This document shows, piece by piece, positions 37,987-48,177 of a DNA stretch of 64,000 bases (position 1 is its first letter; each line of letters starts with the position of its first letter). The stretch spans positions 2,464,001 to 2,528,000 of the forward strand of contig CBDETY010000003.1 in assembly GCA_965243025.1 (NCBI GenBank). The letters run 5' to 3'. Made by a program: the position numbers and the translations under genes. Source of the stretch: Candidatus Latescibacterota bacterium (GTDB lineage: Bacteria > Latescibacterota > UBA2968 > UBA8231). Below the pieces are notes generated by a model. That model did not search any database. It was not told the DNA's origin and worked only from the letters and a program-made list of their open reading frames with translations.

Positions 37987-40247
37987 TGGCGAAGAACGGA
38001 ACCTTCCTTCCAGGCTTCATCGCCGCGGGCCTGTTCCTCCTTCTGTCCGGATGCGGGCCATCCGAAGAGCGGCTGACCGAGGGAACACGGCGCATGGCGG
38101 AGCGGCTCGAGGCGATCGCCGACTCCGCCGATCCCGCCACCCATCCCTACGTCAACTCTCTCCGGGTCGGGTACTACCGCGGCCTCGTCGAGAAGCTGCG
38201 CGAGTCGGGGGCGTCCGCCGATCCCCGCGGCAAGTTCCGGCTGCTCGACGCCCGCTTCACCCTCGCCAGCGAGCTGCTGCGGGCGGGCCGCTCGGAAGAG
38301 GCGGCCCGGGAGTATCGACAGCTGCAGGCCTCGGCCGACCCCGGCTTCCGGCATACCCTGCAAATGCTGGTGGGAATCTCCTGGCTCCGCCTGGGGGAGC
38401 AGGAGAACTGCATCCTCCGGCACGACATCGACTCCTGCCTGCTGCCGGTCCGCGACTCCGGGGTGCACCAGGACCAGCGCGGGTCCCGCGCCGCCGTCGA
38501 GGAGTTCCTCGCGGTTCTGGAAGCCAATCCCGGCGACCTCGGGGCGCGCTGGCTTCTCAACCTCGCATCCATGACCCTCGGCGAGTACCCCTACTCCCTC
38601 CCCGAGGAGCACCTGATCCCCCCGGAAGCGTTCGCATCCGACTACGACATCGGGAGATTCACCGATGTCGCCCCGGCCCTGGGCCTCGACGTGGTGGGGC
38701 TGTCAGGGGGCGGGATCATGGAGGATTTCGACGGCGACGGCCATCTCGACATCATCGCCTCCTCGTGGGGACTGCGGGACCAGGTCCGCTACTTCCGCAA
38801 CCTCGGAGACGGGACATTCGCCGACCTGACCGCGGAGGCGGGCCTCACCGGGATCGTCGGCGGCCTCAACGCCCTTCAGGCCGATTACGACAACAACGGC
38901 TTCGCCGACGTCCTGGTCCTGCGCGGCGCCTGGCTCGACCGCGACGGGCATTACCCCAACTCCCTGCTGGCCAACCTCGGCGGCGGCAGGTTCGTCGATG
39001 CTACCGAAACCTCCGGCATGCTGACGTCGCATCCGACCCAGACCGCGGCCTGGGGAGATTTTGACAACGACGGCCGGGTCGACCTGTTTGTGGGCAACGA
39101 GACGGTGAGCGCCGAGCGCCACCCGTGCGAGCTGTTCCACAACCTCGGGGCCGGCGCCCCCGCGCGTTTCCGCGACCAGGCCGAGGCGGCCGGCGTCGCC
39201 GCGGCAGGGTACGTCAAAGGGGTGGTCTGGGGAGACTTCGACAACGACGGCCGCCTGGACCTGTACGTTTCCCGGCTGTCCCCCGACGAGCCCAACCTGC
39301 TCTACCACAACCTCGGGGAAGACGAGGACGGCCGCTGGCGTTTTGCCGATGTCGCCGCCGAGGCGGGAGTGACCGGACCCGCCCACAGCTTTCCCGCCTG
39401 GTTCTGGGATTACGACAACGACGGCTGGCTGGACCTGTTCGCGGCGGGATTCAAGGGGGACGTGGGAGACGTGGCCGCCGCCTACCTCGGGCTTCCCCAC
39501 GACGCCCAGACTCCCAGGCTGTACCGCAACAACGGCGACGGCACCTTCGCGGACGTGACGCGGGAGGCCGGCCTCGACGAACCGCTGATAGCGATGGGGA
39601 GCAACTACGGCGACCTCGACAACGACGGCTACCTCGACTGCTACATCGGCACCGGCGACCCGTACATGGCCACCGTCGTCCCCAACCGGATGTTTCGCAA
39701 CGCGGGGGGAAACCATTTCCAGGACGTCACCACCTCCGGCGGCTTCGGACACCTGCAGAAGGGGCACGGCGTCGCCTTCGGGGACATCGACCACGACGGC
39801 GACCAGGACGTCTTCGCGGTGATCGGGGGGGCCTTCACCGGAGACGTCTACCAGAACGTCCTCTTCGGGAACCCCGGGCACGGCAACCGCTGGATCAAGC
39901 TGAAACTCGAGGGCCGGCGCTCCAACCGCGCCGCCATCGGCGCGCGCATTCGCATCCTCGTGGCTACCGCCGCGGGAACGCGAAGCATCGAATCCACCGT
40001 CTCCAGCGGCGGCAGCTTCGGGGCCTCCCCCCTGCAGCGGGAAATCGGCCTCGGCCGGGCCGAGTCGATCGAGTCGATCGAAGTCTTCTGGCCGGCCAGC
40101 GGCGAAAGGCAGGTTTTCCGCGCGCCGCCGATGGAGAAGACCCTCTACATCCGGGAAGGGGACCCGCATTTCGAGGCGCGTGCCTTCGAGCCGTTCCCCC
40201 TCGCTTCCGCAGGGGAATCCGGAGCCCATGAGCGGGCGGGCCACTAG
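37986..40247 (+). CDS. CRTAC1-family lipoprotein (FG-GAP repeats plus ASPIC/UnbV) with N-terminal helical region
   Basis: TGATG overlap with the upstream gene, lipobox 'LLSGC', many 'DFDNDG.LD' repeats, C-terminal 'SNRAAIGARI...GGSFG....GLG'. Confidence 0.9.
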   Translation: MAKNGTFLPGFIAAGLFLLLSGCGPSEERLTEGTRRMAERLEAIADSADPATHPYVNSLRVGYYRGLVEKLRESGASADPRGKFRLLDARFTLASELLRAGRSEEAAREYRQLQASADPGFRHTLQMLVGISWLRLGEQENCILRHDIDSCLLPVRDSGVHQDQRGSRAAVEEFLAVLEANPGDLGARWLLNLASMTLGEYPYSLPEEHLIPPEAFASDYDIGRFTDVAPALGLDVVGLSGGGIMEDFDGDGHLDIIASSWGLRDQVRYFRNLGDGTFADLTAEAGLTGIVGGLNALQADYDNNGFADVLVLRGAWLDRDGHYPNSLLANLGGGRFVDATETSGMLTSHPTQTAAWGDFDNDGRVDLFVGNETVSAERHPCELFHNLGAGAPARFRDQAEAAGVAAAGYVKGVVWGDFDNDGRLDLYVSRLSPDEPNLLYHNLGEDEDGRWRFADVAAEAGVTGPAHSFPAWFWDYDNDGWLDLFAAGFKGDVGDVAAAYLGLPHDAQTPRLYRNNGDGTFADVTREAGLDEPLIAMGSNYGDLDNDGYLDCYIGTGDPYMATVVPNRMFRNAGGNHFQDVTTSGGFGHLQKGHGVAFGDIDHDGDQDVFAVIGGAFTGDVYQNVLFGNPGHGNRWIKLKLEGRRSNRAAIGARIRILVATAAGTRSIESTVSSGGSFGASPLQREIGLGRAESIESIEVFWPASGERQVFRAPPMEKTLYIREGDPHFEARAFEPFPLASAGESGAHERAGH

Positions 40248-41955
40248 CCCGGGCCGAAATCTCAGCCGTTGCCTGGCGGGAGCGGCGGCATGCCTCCTGG
40301 GGTTGGCGCCCCCGCTGGCGGCCAGCGACCTACCCGGGACCGGCGGCCGGGTGCAGTTTCGGGACGCGGCCCCCGAGCTCGGGGTGACCCTGAGGAACGT
40401 CTCCGGGGACGGGGAGCAGCAGTACGTCGTCGAATCCATGATGGGGGGATCCGCTTTCCTCGACCACGACGGCGACGGCGACCTTGACCTGTACGTCCTG
40501 AACGGATCGCAGGTCAGCGGTTTTCCCGAGGGCGGCCATCCCCGCAACGCATTGTACCGCAACGACAACACGGCGTTTGTCGAAGCGACCGGCGAGGCCG
40601 GGGTCGGGGACGCCAACTGGGGGATGGGCTGCGCCGTCGCCGATTACGACAACGACGGCGACCCGGATCTCTACGTGACCAACTACGGCGGGAACTCCCT
40701 CTACGCCAACCGGGGAGACGGGACCTTCGCCGACGTCTCCGCACCCGCAGGGGTCGCCGGGGAGGAACGCCGCTTCAGCACCGGGTGCGCCTTTTTCGAC
40801 TACGACCGGGACGGAGACCTCGATCTCTACGTCGCCAACTACGTCGATTTCTCGCATTTCATGGAAACGACCCCGGAAATGAGATACGAGTGGCGCGGAC
40901 TCACCGTCCACTTCGGGCCGCGCGGCATGCGCGGAGAGCCTGACTTTTTCTACCGCAACGACGGCGACGGGACTTTCTCCGATGCCACGGAAGCGGCCAA
41001 CCTCGTCGACCGCGAGATGCTCTACGGGCTCGGCGTGGTGGCGGGGGACTACGACAACGACGGCGACGCCGACCTGTACGTGGCCAACGACACCGGGGCC
41101 AACTACCTGTACGAAAACCAGGGGGACAGAACGTTCGCCGAGGTCGCCTGGCTGAAAGGGGCCGCCTTCGGCGAGAGCGGTGAGGCCCAGGGGTGCATGG
41201 GGATCGCCTTCGGGGACTACGACAACGACCAGTACCCCGACATCCTGGTCACCAACTTCTGGGAGGAGACCAACACCCTGTACCACAACGACGCGGGGGC
41301 GTTCTTCTCCGACCGCACCTTCGATGCGGGAGTCGGTATGGAGAGCTTTCAGTACCTGGCCTGGGGCACCGGTTTCTTCGACTACGACAACGACGGCGAC
41401 AGGGACCTGTTCGTAGCCAACGGCCACCTCTTCCCGCAACTGAACGGGGCCAACCTCGGAGTCGACTACGCCCAGACCAACCAGCTGTTCGAGAACGCGG
41501 GGGACGGGACTTTCAGGGAAGTGACCGGTGTTTCCGGACCCGGCCTTCAGATCGAAAAGGTGAGCAGGGGCGCCTCCTTCGGGGATTTCGACGGCGACGG
41601 CGACCTCGACATCTTCGTCCTCGACCTCAACGACTCACCCACCCTGCTGCGCAACGACGGGGGGAACCGCAACAACTGGCTGCTGGTGAAGACGGTCGGC
41701 ACCGAAAGCAACCGGGACGGCATCGGCGCGAAAGTAAAGGCCCGCTGCGGAGAGCTGGTCCAGATCAACGAGGTGCGAAGCGGCTCCAGCTACCTGTCGC
41801 AGAACGACCTGCGTCTCCACTTCGGGCTGGGCCGGTGTGCGGCGGTCGACGAGTTGGAGGTATCCTGGCCGAGCGGCCGGGAGGAGAGCTTCGAGGATAT
41901 TCCCGCCAACCAGGTCCTGACGATCCGGGAGGGCAGCGGGACCGTGCAACCCTGA
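40228..41955 (+). CDS. Secreted CRTAC1-family protein (FG-GAP plus ASPIC/UnbV)
   Basis: 'ESMMGG.AFLD.DGDGDLDLY', 'DYDNDG' repeats, 'SNRDGIGAKV...GSSYLSQND.RLHFGLG'. Confidence 0.9.
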   Translation: MSGRATSPGRNLSRCLAGAAACLLGLAPPLAASDLPGTGGRVQFRDAAPELGVTLRNVSGDGEQQYVVESMMGGSAFLDHDGDGDLDLYVLNGSQVSGFPEGGHPRNALYRNDNTAFVEATGEAGVGDANWGMGCAVADYDNDGDPDLYVTNYGGNSLYANRGDGTFADVSAPAGVAGEERRFSTGCAFFDYDRDGDLDLYVANYVDFSHFMETTPEMRYEWRGLTVHFGPRGMRGEPDFFYRNDGDGTFSDATEAANLVDREMLYGLGVVAGDYDNDGDADLYVANDTGANYLYENQGDRTFAEVAWLKGAAFGESGEAQGCMGIAFGDYDNDQYPDILVTNFWEETNTLYHNDAGAFFSDRTFDAGVGMESFQYLAWGTGFFDYDNDGDRDLFVANGHLFPQLNGANLGVDYAQTNQLFENAGDGTFREVTGVSGPGLQIEKVSRGASFGDFDGDGDLDIFVLDLNDSPTLLRNDGGNRNNWLLVKTVGTESNRDGIGAKVKARCGELVQINEVRSGSSYLSQNDLRLHFGLGRCAAVDELEVSWPSGREESFEDIPANQVLTIREGSGTVQP

Positions 41956-41961
41956 AGCGGG

Positions 41962-43629
41962 TCAACGGTCGGCGAGTGCGGCCGAGGCCGCCTCCTCGTT
42001 GACCGTCACCAGGGATTGGTAGCGCTCGCGCAGGGTTTCGAGGTATTCGTTGAATTCCTCCTTGTGCAGCTTGCGCCTCAGCTGTGACTGCGCCCTTTTC
42101 CTGGCCTCTTCAAAAGTTTCGCGTTTGCGCTCCCTCGACAGGACCTTGAAAACGGAGTAACCCTCCTGAACCGGGACGGGACCGGTCAGCACTCCGATCT
42201 CCGCCTCGACCACATGTTCGACAAAGCCGCCGAATTGTGGGGATTCGTGCTGGTGTACGTGGAAACGGCCTTCTTCGTCCCGCACCTCCCTCGAGCGGAT
42301 CGAGTGCCTGCCCGCCAGTTCCGCCAGCGAAGCCCCTTCCTCCACCAGCTCTGTCAGGCGCAACGCCTCCGATTCCGATTCAACGAGGATCTCCTGAACT
42401 TCGATCTGTTCCGGATGCAGGAATCTGTCGGCGTTGGCTTCGTAGTAGGCGCGGATGTCCGCTTCCGTAATGTCGACCCGCTCCATCAGGTGCTTTGCCC
42501 TGAGCCCCCTGACCAGCACCTGTTCTCCCTGTTCCTCGGCCCAGGCGACGAACTCCGGTTCGCTGTCGATTCCGCCACGGACCGCAGCCTCGACTATCAG
42601 GATGTCGGGAAGGACGTTCCTCTCGGCAAACGCGATTACCGTTTCCGCGCCGTCGAGGCTTGCCAGAACGTTCCTCCGGGAATCCTTTGCCACTTTGAGA
42701 AAGTCGGCGGCGGTAACCTCTCCCCCGTCGAAGCTGTAGAGAACCATGTCGAACGGGTCGTCGCCGCCTGTCCGCGCACCTCGCAGCAAGGCCTCGACGA
42801 ACTGCTTCATTCCATCCTGGTGCACCCGCAGCTTGTACTCCCGCTTCAGCTCTGCGACGACGGAGTCTCTCGCAGCCCGGAATTTCGCCTCCCGCAGCCC
42901 GCGGAGGGCCTGGGCTTTTTGCTGGGTGTTGAGGTCGACTGTGGTTTCGTCGAGGATCTTGAAAATCGCGTAACTCCGGCCGATCCGGATCGGCTCGGAT
43001 ACCTCTCCGAGGGCCAGGGGGAACAGTGCCTGTTCCAGGGGGAAAATCATCTGGCCCTTCATAACGTACCTGCCGACATCCCCGCCTCTGACGGCTGTCT
43101 CCCGGTTGGTCGAACGTTTCCGGGCGACCTCCGCGAAATCCGCCCCGGCCCTGATTTCCTCTACCGCGGCCTGTGCCGCTTCCAGGCCGGGGACCTTGAT
43201 GTCGGCGATTCGAATCGCCCTGTTGAGCCGCTCCTTATCTATGAAATCGTCCAGTTCGGCGTCGTCTACCGAAACCCGGATCGTGCGGTCTTCGAACAGA
43301 CCGAGGAGCTTTGCGCGCCGCGCCCTGTCCATCCGGGTGAGGTACGCGATGCTGTTGTCGAGTTCCTGGTTCCGGGCCTCGAGGAGCATCAGCTCCCTGT
43401 CGATCATGGTCCGCAGGTGGACCCGGCCCTGCTCCGCTCCGGGAGTTTCTTCCCCGGCCTTTTCGGAAAGGCCGGCGACGAATTCCCGCAGGTCCGCCGC
43501 GGTGATTACCCGCTCTCCCACCTGAGCAACCACCCCGCCATCATCCTGCGCGCAACTGCACAGGGAGAGCACCGCCAGGGGGACAACAGCTGCCAGCGAG
43601 CGAACCCCTGCTCGCTGGCGGTCGACCAT
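41962..43629 (-). CDS. SurA/PrsA-like foldase with two PpiC (parvulin) domains, possibly a lipoprotein
   Basis: 'VVAQVGER.IT', 'GADFAEVARKRS....RGGDVG', 'GEVSEPI', second 'QEILV....GASLAELAGRHS', 'GPVPVQEGYSVFKV'. N-terminal hydrophobic segment ending 'LCSC'. Confidence 0.85.
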   Translation of the reverse strand: MVDRQRAGVRSLAAVVPLAVLSLCSCAQDDGGVVAQVGERVITAADLREFVAGLSEKAGEETPGAEQGRVHLRTMIDRELMLLEARNQELDNSIAYLTRMDRARRAKLLGLFEDRTIRVSVDDAELDDFIDKERLNRAIRIADIKVPGLEAAQAAVEEIRAGADFAEVARKRSTNRETAVRGGDVGRYVMKGQMIFPLEQALFPLALGEVSEPIRIGRSYAIFKILDETTVDLNTQQKAQALRGLREAKFRAARDSVVAELKREYKLRVHQDGMKQFVEALLRGARTGGDDPFDMVLYSFDGGEVTAADFLKVAKDSRRNVLASLDGAETVIAFAERNVLPDILIVEAAVRGGIDSEPEFVAWAEEQGEQVLVRGLRAKHLMERVDITEADIRAYYEANADRFLHPEQIEVQEILVESESEALRLTELVEEGASLAELAGRHSIRSREVRDEEGRFHVHQHESPQFGGFVEHVVEAEIGVLTGPVPVQEGYSVFKVLSRERKRETFEEARKRAQSQLRRKLHKEEFNEYLETLRERYQSLVTVNEEAASAALADR

Positions 43630-43646
43630 GAAGAGAGTCGAAGCGA

Positions 43647-46358
43647 TCACTCGAGACCGGCGTATACCGTGGCGAAAGCCACACGACCGATCTGGGTCTC
43701 GTCGCCGATCGACCTGCGGGTGAGCCTCATGCCCATGTTCGTCGTCAGGCGGTATCCCAGGTAACTCCTGACATTGGAAAACTGCACGGCTCCGACGATC
43801 TCGGTGAAGTCGTCGAGCAGCCCCTCCTTGACGGCAATCTCGGAGTCCCGCATTTGGTTGAAGATCCCGTACTCGACTCCCGCCTGCATCGAAGAGGAGG
43901 AGAACAGGGGCCACCGCGCCAGCAACGACAGGAGCAGGGTGTTCTCCCGGCGTTCCGGGTCGGACCGCAGCGCCGGGGATTCCAGCCTCAGCTCGTTCTT
44001 TATCCTCGGCTGGATGTCGAAGTAGGCAATCTTGCGCTCGTAGTCGATTTTGTTGATGAGGCCGAAGAATGTGAAGTTGTCCCGCAGGTCCGGCTGTCTC
44101 TCGTTCTGGTGCCAGCGGTCGTACTTGAACTTGTTGATGATGTTTATGTTGGCCAGACCTGTGTATTTGAAACTTATGAACGAGGAGTTGATCCAGGTGT
44201 CCTGCGCCGCCAGCGGGTCGACGGTCGGGACGTTCCTTCTCTCGACCTCGCTCCACTGCCGCAGGTCGTTCTCGATGTTGTCCCTGGCGATACGGAAGTT
44301 CTCGAAGATCCTCAGCCTGCCGAGGCCGGGGTAGTCCTGCTCAAGGGCGAACAGGATGTAGTTGGTGGTGTTTTCACCGTCCCCGGCGATCAGTTCCTCT
44401 TCCGTCCTTCCAACCGTCAGCTTTACTCCCGGATAAAGGTCCGCCCCTCCGTAGACGTTGTACCCCCGGTGGTCCCTGGGGTAGGGGAAATCCGGCTCGT
44501 CGTCGTTCTCGAAGCGGTCGACCCAGATGTTGTTGTTCATGTCGATCCCGAACAGGAACTCCGGCCTGTCCGTGCCGTACCTCAGGAACGGCTCATTGTA
44601 GTCCGGGACGAGGTTGGGAAGGTCTTCGCTGTCGTTCTGGTTGAAGTCGGATATGAAATCGAGGTTTTCGTCGAACCCCGGAAATACCTCGACATCTATA
44701 TTCTCGAATATCCTCTGCCAGTCGGGGTAGCGGTCCTGGTCGTCGTTGTCGTCCACCAGTTCATAGTAGAATCGCGACTTGTCCGCGTAGTCGATATTGG
44801 TCTCCCCCCTGGCCATGATGACGCTGGTGTTGTAGTTGTGGTCCATGCTGTACGCCTCGCCGAAGAAATAGAAGGGGTGCGCGACCTTCGAGGCGTTTAC
44901 AATCCAGCCGTCCCCCTCGTCGGAGGCTCCGAGGTGGGTGGTTTGCGCCCTGTTGGGGTACTTCCGGTAACTGACGCTGCGGTCCCATTCTCCGTAGAAG
45001 TCGATCCCCCAGAGTCGGGTTGCTTCCAAGGTAAATCCGAATATTTCGGTGGCCGTGGGCAGACCGTACGGGATCTTGAGTACTGTCAGGTTGGAACCGT
45101 CCTGGACATTTGCTTCCGCCCGGGCGGCCACGAGGTAGACGTTCGCCCGCTGCCTGTCGAACTGGCGGTCTGAAGTCGTCTCGATACGGTAGTCGTTCGC
45201 CACCACGAGCTCGTGAGTCACCCTTCTGATCTCGGACGGATCAGGACCGGTGTACGATCCGATCGTGAAGTCGTAGACCAGCTCGATCTGCTCCGAGCCG
45301 CTCGCCTCCCAGAACCCGAGACGCTGGAAACCGCCTTGCGGAGCGGGAATCAGGCCGACGTCGCTGGCTCTCACCGTCTCTTTTTCAAAGCTGACATTCC
45401 CCTCAGTATCGATCTGCTCGGTTTCCGCCTCAATGATCAGGTCCCAGGCGAAGAGGGTGGCGCCTCCCTCGTTGTCCTCGGGTGAATCGTCGGAGAGGCG
45501 CACGAACACGCGGCTGACGTTCTCGGCGTTCTGGCTGGAGGCGATCGAGCCGCTGCGCGGGCTTCCCTCGAAAGCGTCGAGCAGCTGAAAGGAATTGTGG
45601 GCGCTGACGTAGTTTGCCCCGACCGTTACGGCGTCGCCGAGCTGGGCGGTCGCCCGCCCTCCGGTGAGCGTCGTCGAGCTCGTTGTCTGCTGGCTGGCCG
45701 GGTTTCGCGGCCCCGGCCCGCCCGGGGAGCTGACCCTGGACAGGAGCGCCGTCACCTCGTACTTGTCCGACTGGTAGTCGACCTGGATTCCGTCGAACGC
45801 CGGTTTCGAGAAGGACATCGGGGTCAGTGTCGAGCGGATTTCGTCCCCTATCGTTATGGCGAGGTTGTGCTGCCCCTTGACGTCGGAAGCTATAACCAAG
45901 TTGTTGAACCAGCTACCGAATTCCTCCGTCTTGAACAGGTTGCTTCCCCCCTGCTGGGGCTGCGTCTGGCTCCAGTCGTACACCAGCCATCCCTTGGTGA
46001 CGTACTTGCCGTAGATGTCGTAGAAGTAGTCTCCTTCCCGGGTGATTGACAAATAGCGTCTGTAATGATCGCGGGCGTAGTTGCTGTACTCCCACTGCTT
46101 CCACTGATACTCTCGAAAGAGCTCCTGGGGGACGTACCACTTCTTGACTGCCGGGTCGAGGGCTCCGAACAGCACCCCGGGGCCGGTCGGTTCGAAGGTG
46201 AGCTCACCGCCCCGGCGCACCCCCTTCATACGATCCGGATCGAAGGTTTGCGCCGTGGAATCGACGCTGAGAAGCAGCGAAATGGAGACAACGGCACAAG
46301 CTATGGCCGCGGTGCGGAGCTTCGCTGGCGCGACTCTGACTTCATGACCGGTCATCAT
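43647..46358 (-). CDS. Large hypothetical secreted protein, predicted outer-membrane beta-barrel
   Basis: Signal peptide; many alternating amphipathic strands (e.g. 'FTFFGLINKIDY', 'MQAGVEYGIF', 'YRLTTNMGMRL', terminal 'AFATVYAGLE'); Asp-rich loops. Confidence 0.7.
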   Translation of the reverse strand: MMTGHEVRVAPAKLRTAAIACAVVSISLLLSVDSTAQTFDPDRMKGVRRGGELTFEPTGPGVLFGALDPAVKKWYVPQELFREYQWKQWEYSNYARDHYRRYLSITREGDYFYDIYGKYVTKGWLVYDWSQTQPQQGGSNLFKTEEFGSWFNNLVIASDVKGQHNLAITIGDEIRSTLTPMSFSKPAFDGIQVDYQSDKYEVTALLSRVSSPGGPGPRNPASQQTTSSTTLTGGRATAQLGDAVTVGANYVSAHNSFQLLDAFEGSPRSGSIASSQNAENVSRVFVRLSDDSPEDNEGGATLFAWDLIIEAETEQIDTEGNVSFEKETVRASDVGLIPAPQGGFQRLGFWEASGSEQIELVYDFTIGSYTGPDPSEIRRVTHELVVANDYRIETTSDRQFDRQRANVYLVAARAEANVQDGSNLTVLKIPYGLPTATEIFGFTLEATRLWGIDFYGEWDRSVSYRKYPNRAQTTHLGASDEGDGWIVNASKVAHPFYFFGEAYSMDHNYNTSVIMARGETNIDYADKSRFYYELVDDNDDQDRYPDWQRIFENIDVEVFPGFDENLDFISDFNQNDSEDLPNLVPDYNEPFLRYGTDRPEFLFGIDMNNNIWVDRFENDDEPDFPYPRDHRGYNVYGGADLYPGVKLTVGRTEEELIAGDGENTTNYILFALEQDYPGLGRLRIFENFRIARDNIENDLRQWSEVERRNVPTVDPLAAQDTWINSSFISFKYTGLANINIINKFKYDRWHQNERQPDLRDNFTFFGLINKIDYERKIAYFDIQPRIKNELRLESPALRSDPERRENTLLLSLLARWPLFSSSSMQAGVEYGIFNQMRDSEIAVKEGLLDDFTEIVGAVQFSNVRSYLGYRLTTNMGMRLTRRSIGDETQIGRVAFATVYAGLE

Positions 46359-46401
46359 GTTGCTCTCCCTTGCCTTTCTAATTGCAGTAGACTGTGATTG
46401 A

Positions 46402-48123
46402 TCAATAAACCAAAGGCACTATTGCCGTCCTGCTCTCTGTTCCTGTATCCGCAGCGACCTCCACGCGCACCAGGTACACTCCTGGCGGCAACATCTGACC
46501 GCTGTCGTCCGCTCCATCCCAGGTTCGCCGGTATCTCCCGCTGGCTTCGGGACCGGAATGGATCACCCTTCTCAGTCTCCCGTTCAGGTCGTACACCTCC
46601 ACCGCCACAGGGGTACCGCTCGTGAGGTTGACGATGTCGTAGGAAATCGCGGCGAGTTCGTTTACCCCGTCCCCGTTGGGCGTGAACGGCGCCGGCACCG
46701 CTTCCAGGGCATGAATGATGTTCTTTGCGATCACGATCGTGACCGACAGGTCGTCCCCGAGGGCAAGCTCATCATCGGCCGCATCTCCCGACCTGATCTC
46801 CTGCGGGAGGTCCTGCGGCCTCTGACTGTTGAAAACCCTCCCGGAAAAAACCGTGTTGTACTGCAGGGCGATACTTTCGAAGACGACTCTCAGGGTGCTG
46901 TTCCCGGAAACACCGGGAAACCGGATCTCCACGCCGCCGTCGATGTCGAACTTCTCGAACTCGACTTCCGAGCCGTTTATGGATACCGAGCTGACCGCCT
47001 CCACCGGTGCCTGCGTCTCGATGTGCAGACGATCGAAGCCGAGGCTGTTGAAGCTCCTTACGGTGTAAACCAGCTCGGTCGCTTGCCCGATCATGGCATT
47101 CTGAGGCCAGATCTCCCCCAGCAGCGAGTCGGCGAGGGCGGGGGCAACCTCCACGGCGATTGAATCGACCGTTGCAGCCGACAGGATGTCGCTGCTGGCG
47201 AAGTTCAGCTGAAACTGCCAGTACTGATTCGGCGCCGGCGAGGTAATCCTGTTCGGGATTCCCGCAGGATATGGGGGAGACCATCCGCTCCAGGTGGTAT
47301 CGGTCGGCACCTCGGTACTGCCGCTGCGGGTCGCCAGGGTCACCCCTACCTTGGTCGGTTCCCCGATTGTGTCGCTTGCCCAGGTTACCTGGCCGAACAC
47401 CGCCGGGGCGCCCTGATTGAACACGTTCGAGGTGTACTGGGCGGCCGAGGCGAAACCTTCCCCGAAGATCTCGAATTCGTCGATCTCCCACTCCCCTCTC
47501 ACCAGTTGTTTCACCTCGATGTAGCGGACGTATTGAAGCGGGACCGGCAGGTCGACTACCGGATCGACGTTCCGCTCCACCGTCTTGAAGAGCCTGTAGT
47601 CCGGTGTGCCGGAAAGGGTCCGCTGCTCTTCGCTGCCGTCGTTGAGCGACACCTCGTACCCCTTGAGGAAGTATTCCTGGAATCCCTCTCTCGGGAAGAA
47701 GCGAATCCTGTTGACCCCGAAGCGCTCGCCCAGGTCGATCCTGAAGATGATGCCCGTTGCCGAAGGAATCTTGATCTCGAAGGCCCTGTCCCTGCCGTCG
47801 ACCATGTAGGTCAGAAGCTTGTCCAGGTCGGACTGGGATACTTCGAGCACTACCCTGGCGTTGGGGGAGGAAATGGTTCCCCCCTGCTCGATCAGTTTCA
47901 GGGAAATGTTGTCTTCGGGGCCGGTCTGGGCGGGTTGAATGAACCCGGGATTGGTCTCGAAGTCGATAACCGTCAACTCCGAATAGTTTTCCTGCCATGC
48001 CCGGGACCCCGGGCCGCCTCCGAAAACGACCGTCTCGGAATCGCCCGTCGAGGCGAGCCCGAACACCAGGGGAGCAACAGCGGGCCAGAGAACCGCCTTT
48101 TTCAATGATTTCCCGACTTTCAT
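46402..48123 (-). CDS. Secreted discoidin-like/Ig protein with FlgD-Ig C-terminal domain
   Basis: Signal peptide, 'IDLGERFGVNRIRFFP', 'TRSG...WSGWSPPY', 'GEIWP', 'FTPNGDGVNE...YDLNGR...WDG.D...PPGVY', ends 'VPLVY'. Confidence 0.85.
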   Translation of the reverse strand: MKVGKSLKKAVLWPAVAPLVFGLASTGDSETVVFGGGPGSRAWQENYSELTVIDFETNPGFIQPAQTGPEDNISLKLIEQGGTISSPNARVVLEVSQSDLDKLLTYMVDGRDRAFEIKIPSATGIIFRIDLGERFGVNRIRFFPREGFQEYFLKGYEVSLNDGSEEQRTLSGTPDYRLFKTVERNVDPVVDLPVPLQYVRYIEVKQLVRGEWEIDEFEIFGEGFASAAQYTSNVFNQGAPAVFGQVTWASDTIGEPTKVGVTLATRSGSTEVPTDTTWSGWSPPYPAGIPNRITSPAPNQYWQFQLNFASSDILSAATVDSIAVEVAPALADSLLGEIWPQNAMIGQATELVYTVRSFNSLGFDRLHIETQAPVEAVSSVSINGSEVEFEKFDIDGGVEIRFPGVSGNSTLRVVFESIALQYNTVFSGRVFNSQRPQDLPQEIRSGDAADDELALGDDLSVTIVIAKNIIHALEAVPAPFTPNGDGVNELAAISYDIVNLTSGTPVAVEVYDLNGRLRRVIHSGPEASGRYRRTWDGADDSGQMLPPGVYLVRVEVAADTGTESRTAIVPLVY

Positions 48124-48177
48124 TTCACCACAGGCTCCTGTTACATGTCGCGACGGGCGAATGCCGCCCATCGCCGG

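Noticed and set aside
36096-40247. 1383-aa ORF as a giant CRTAC1 protein
   Set aside because: The first 630 codons overlap the DUF6785-like gene out of frame. The real start is the ATG at 37986, followed by a lipoprotein signal.
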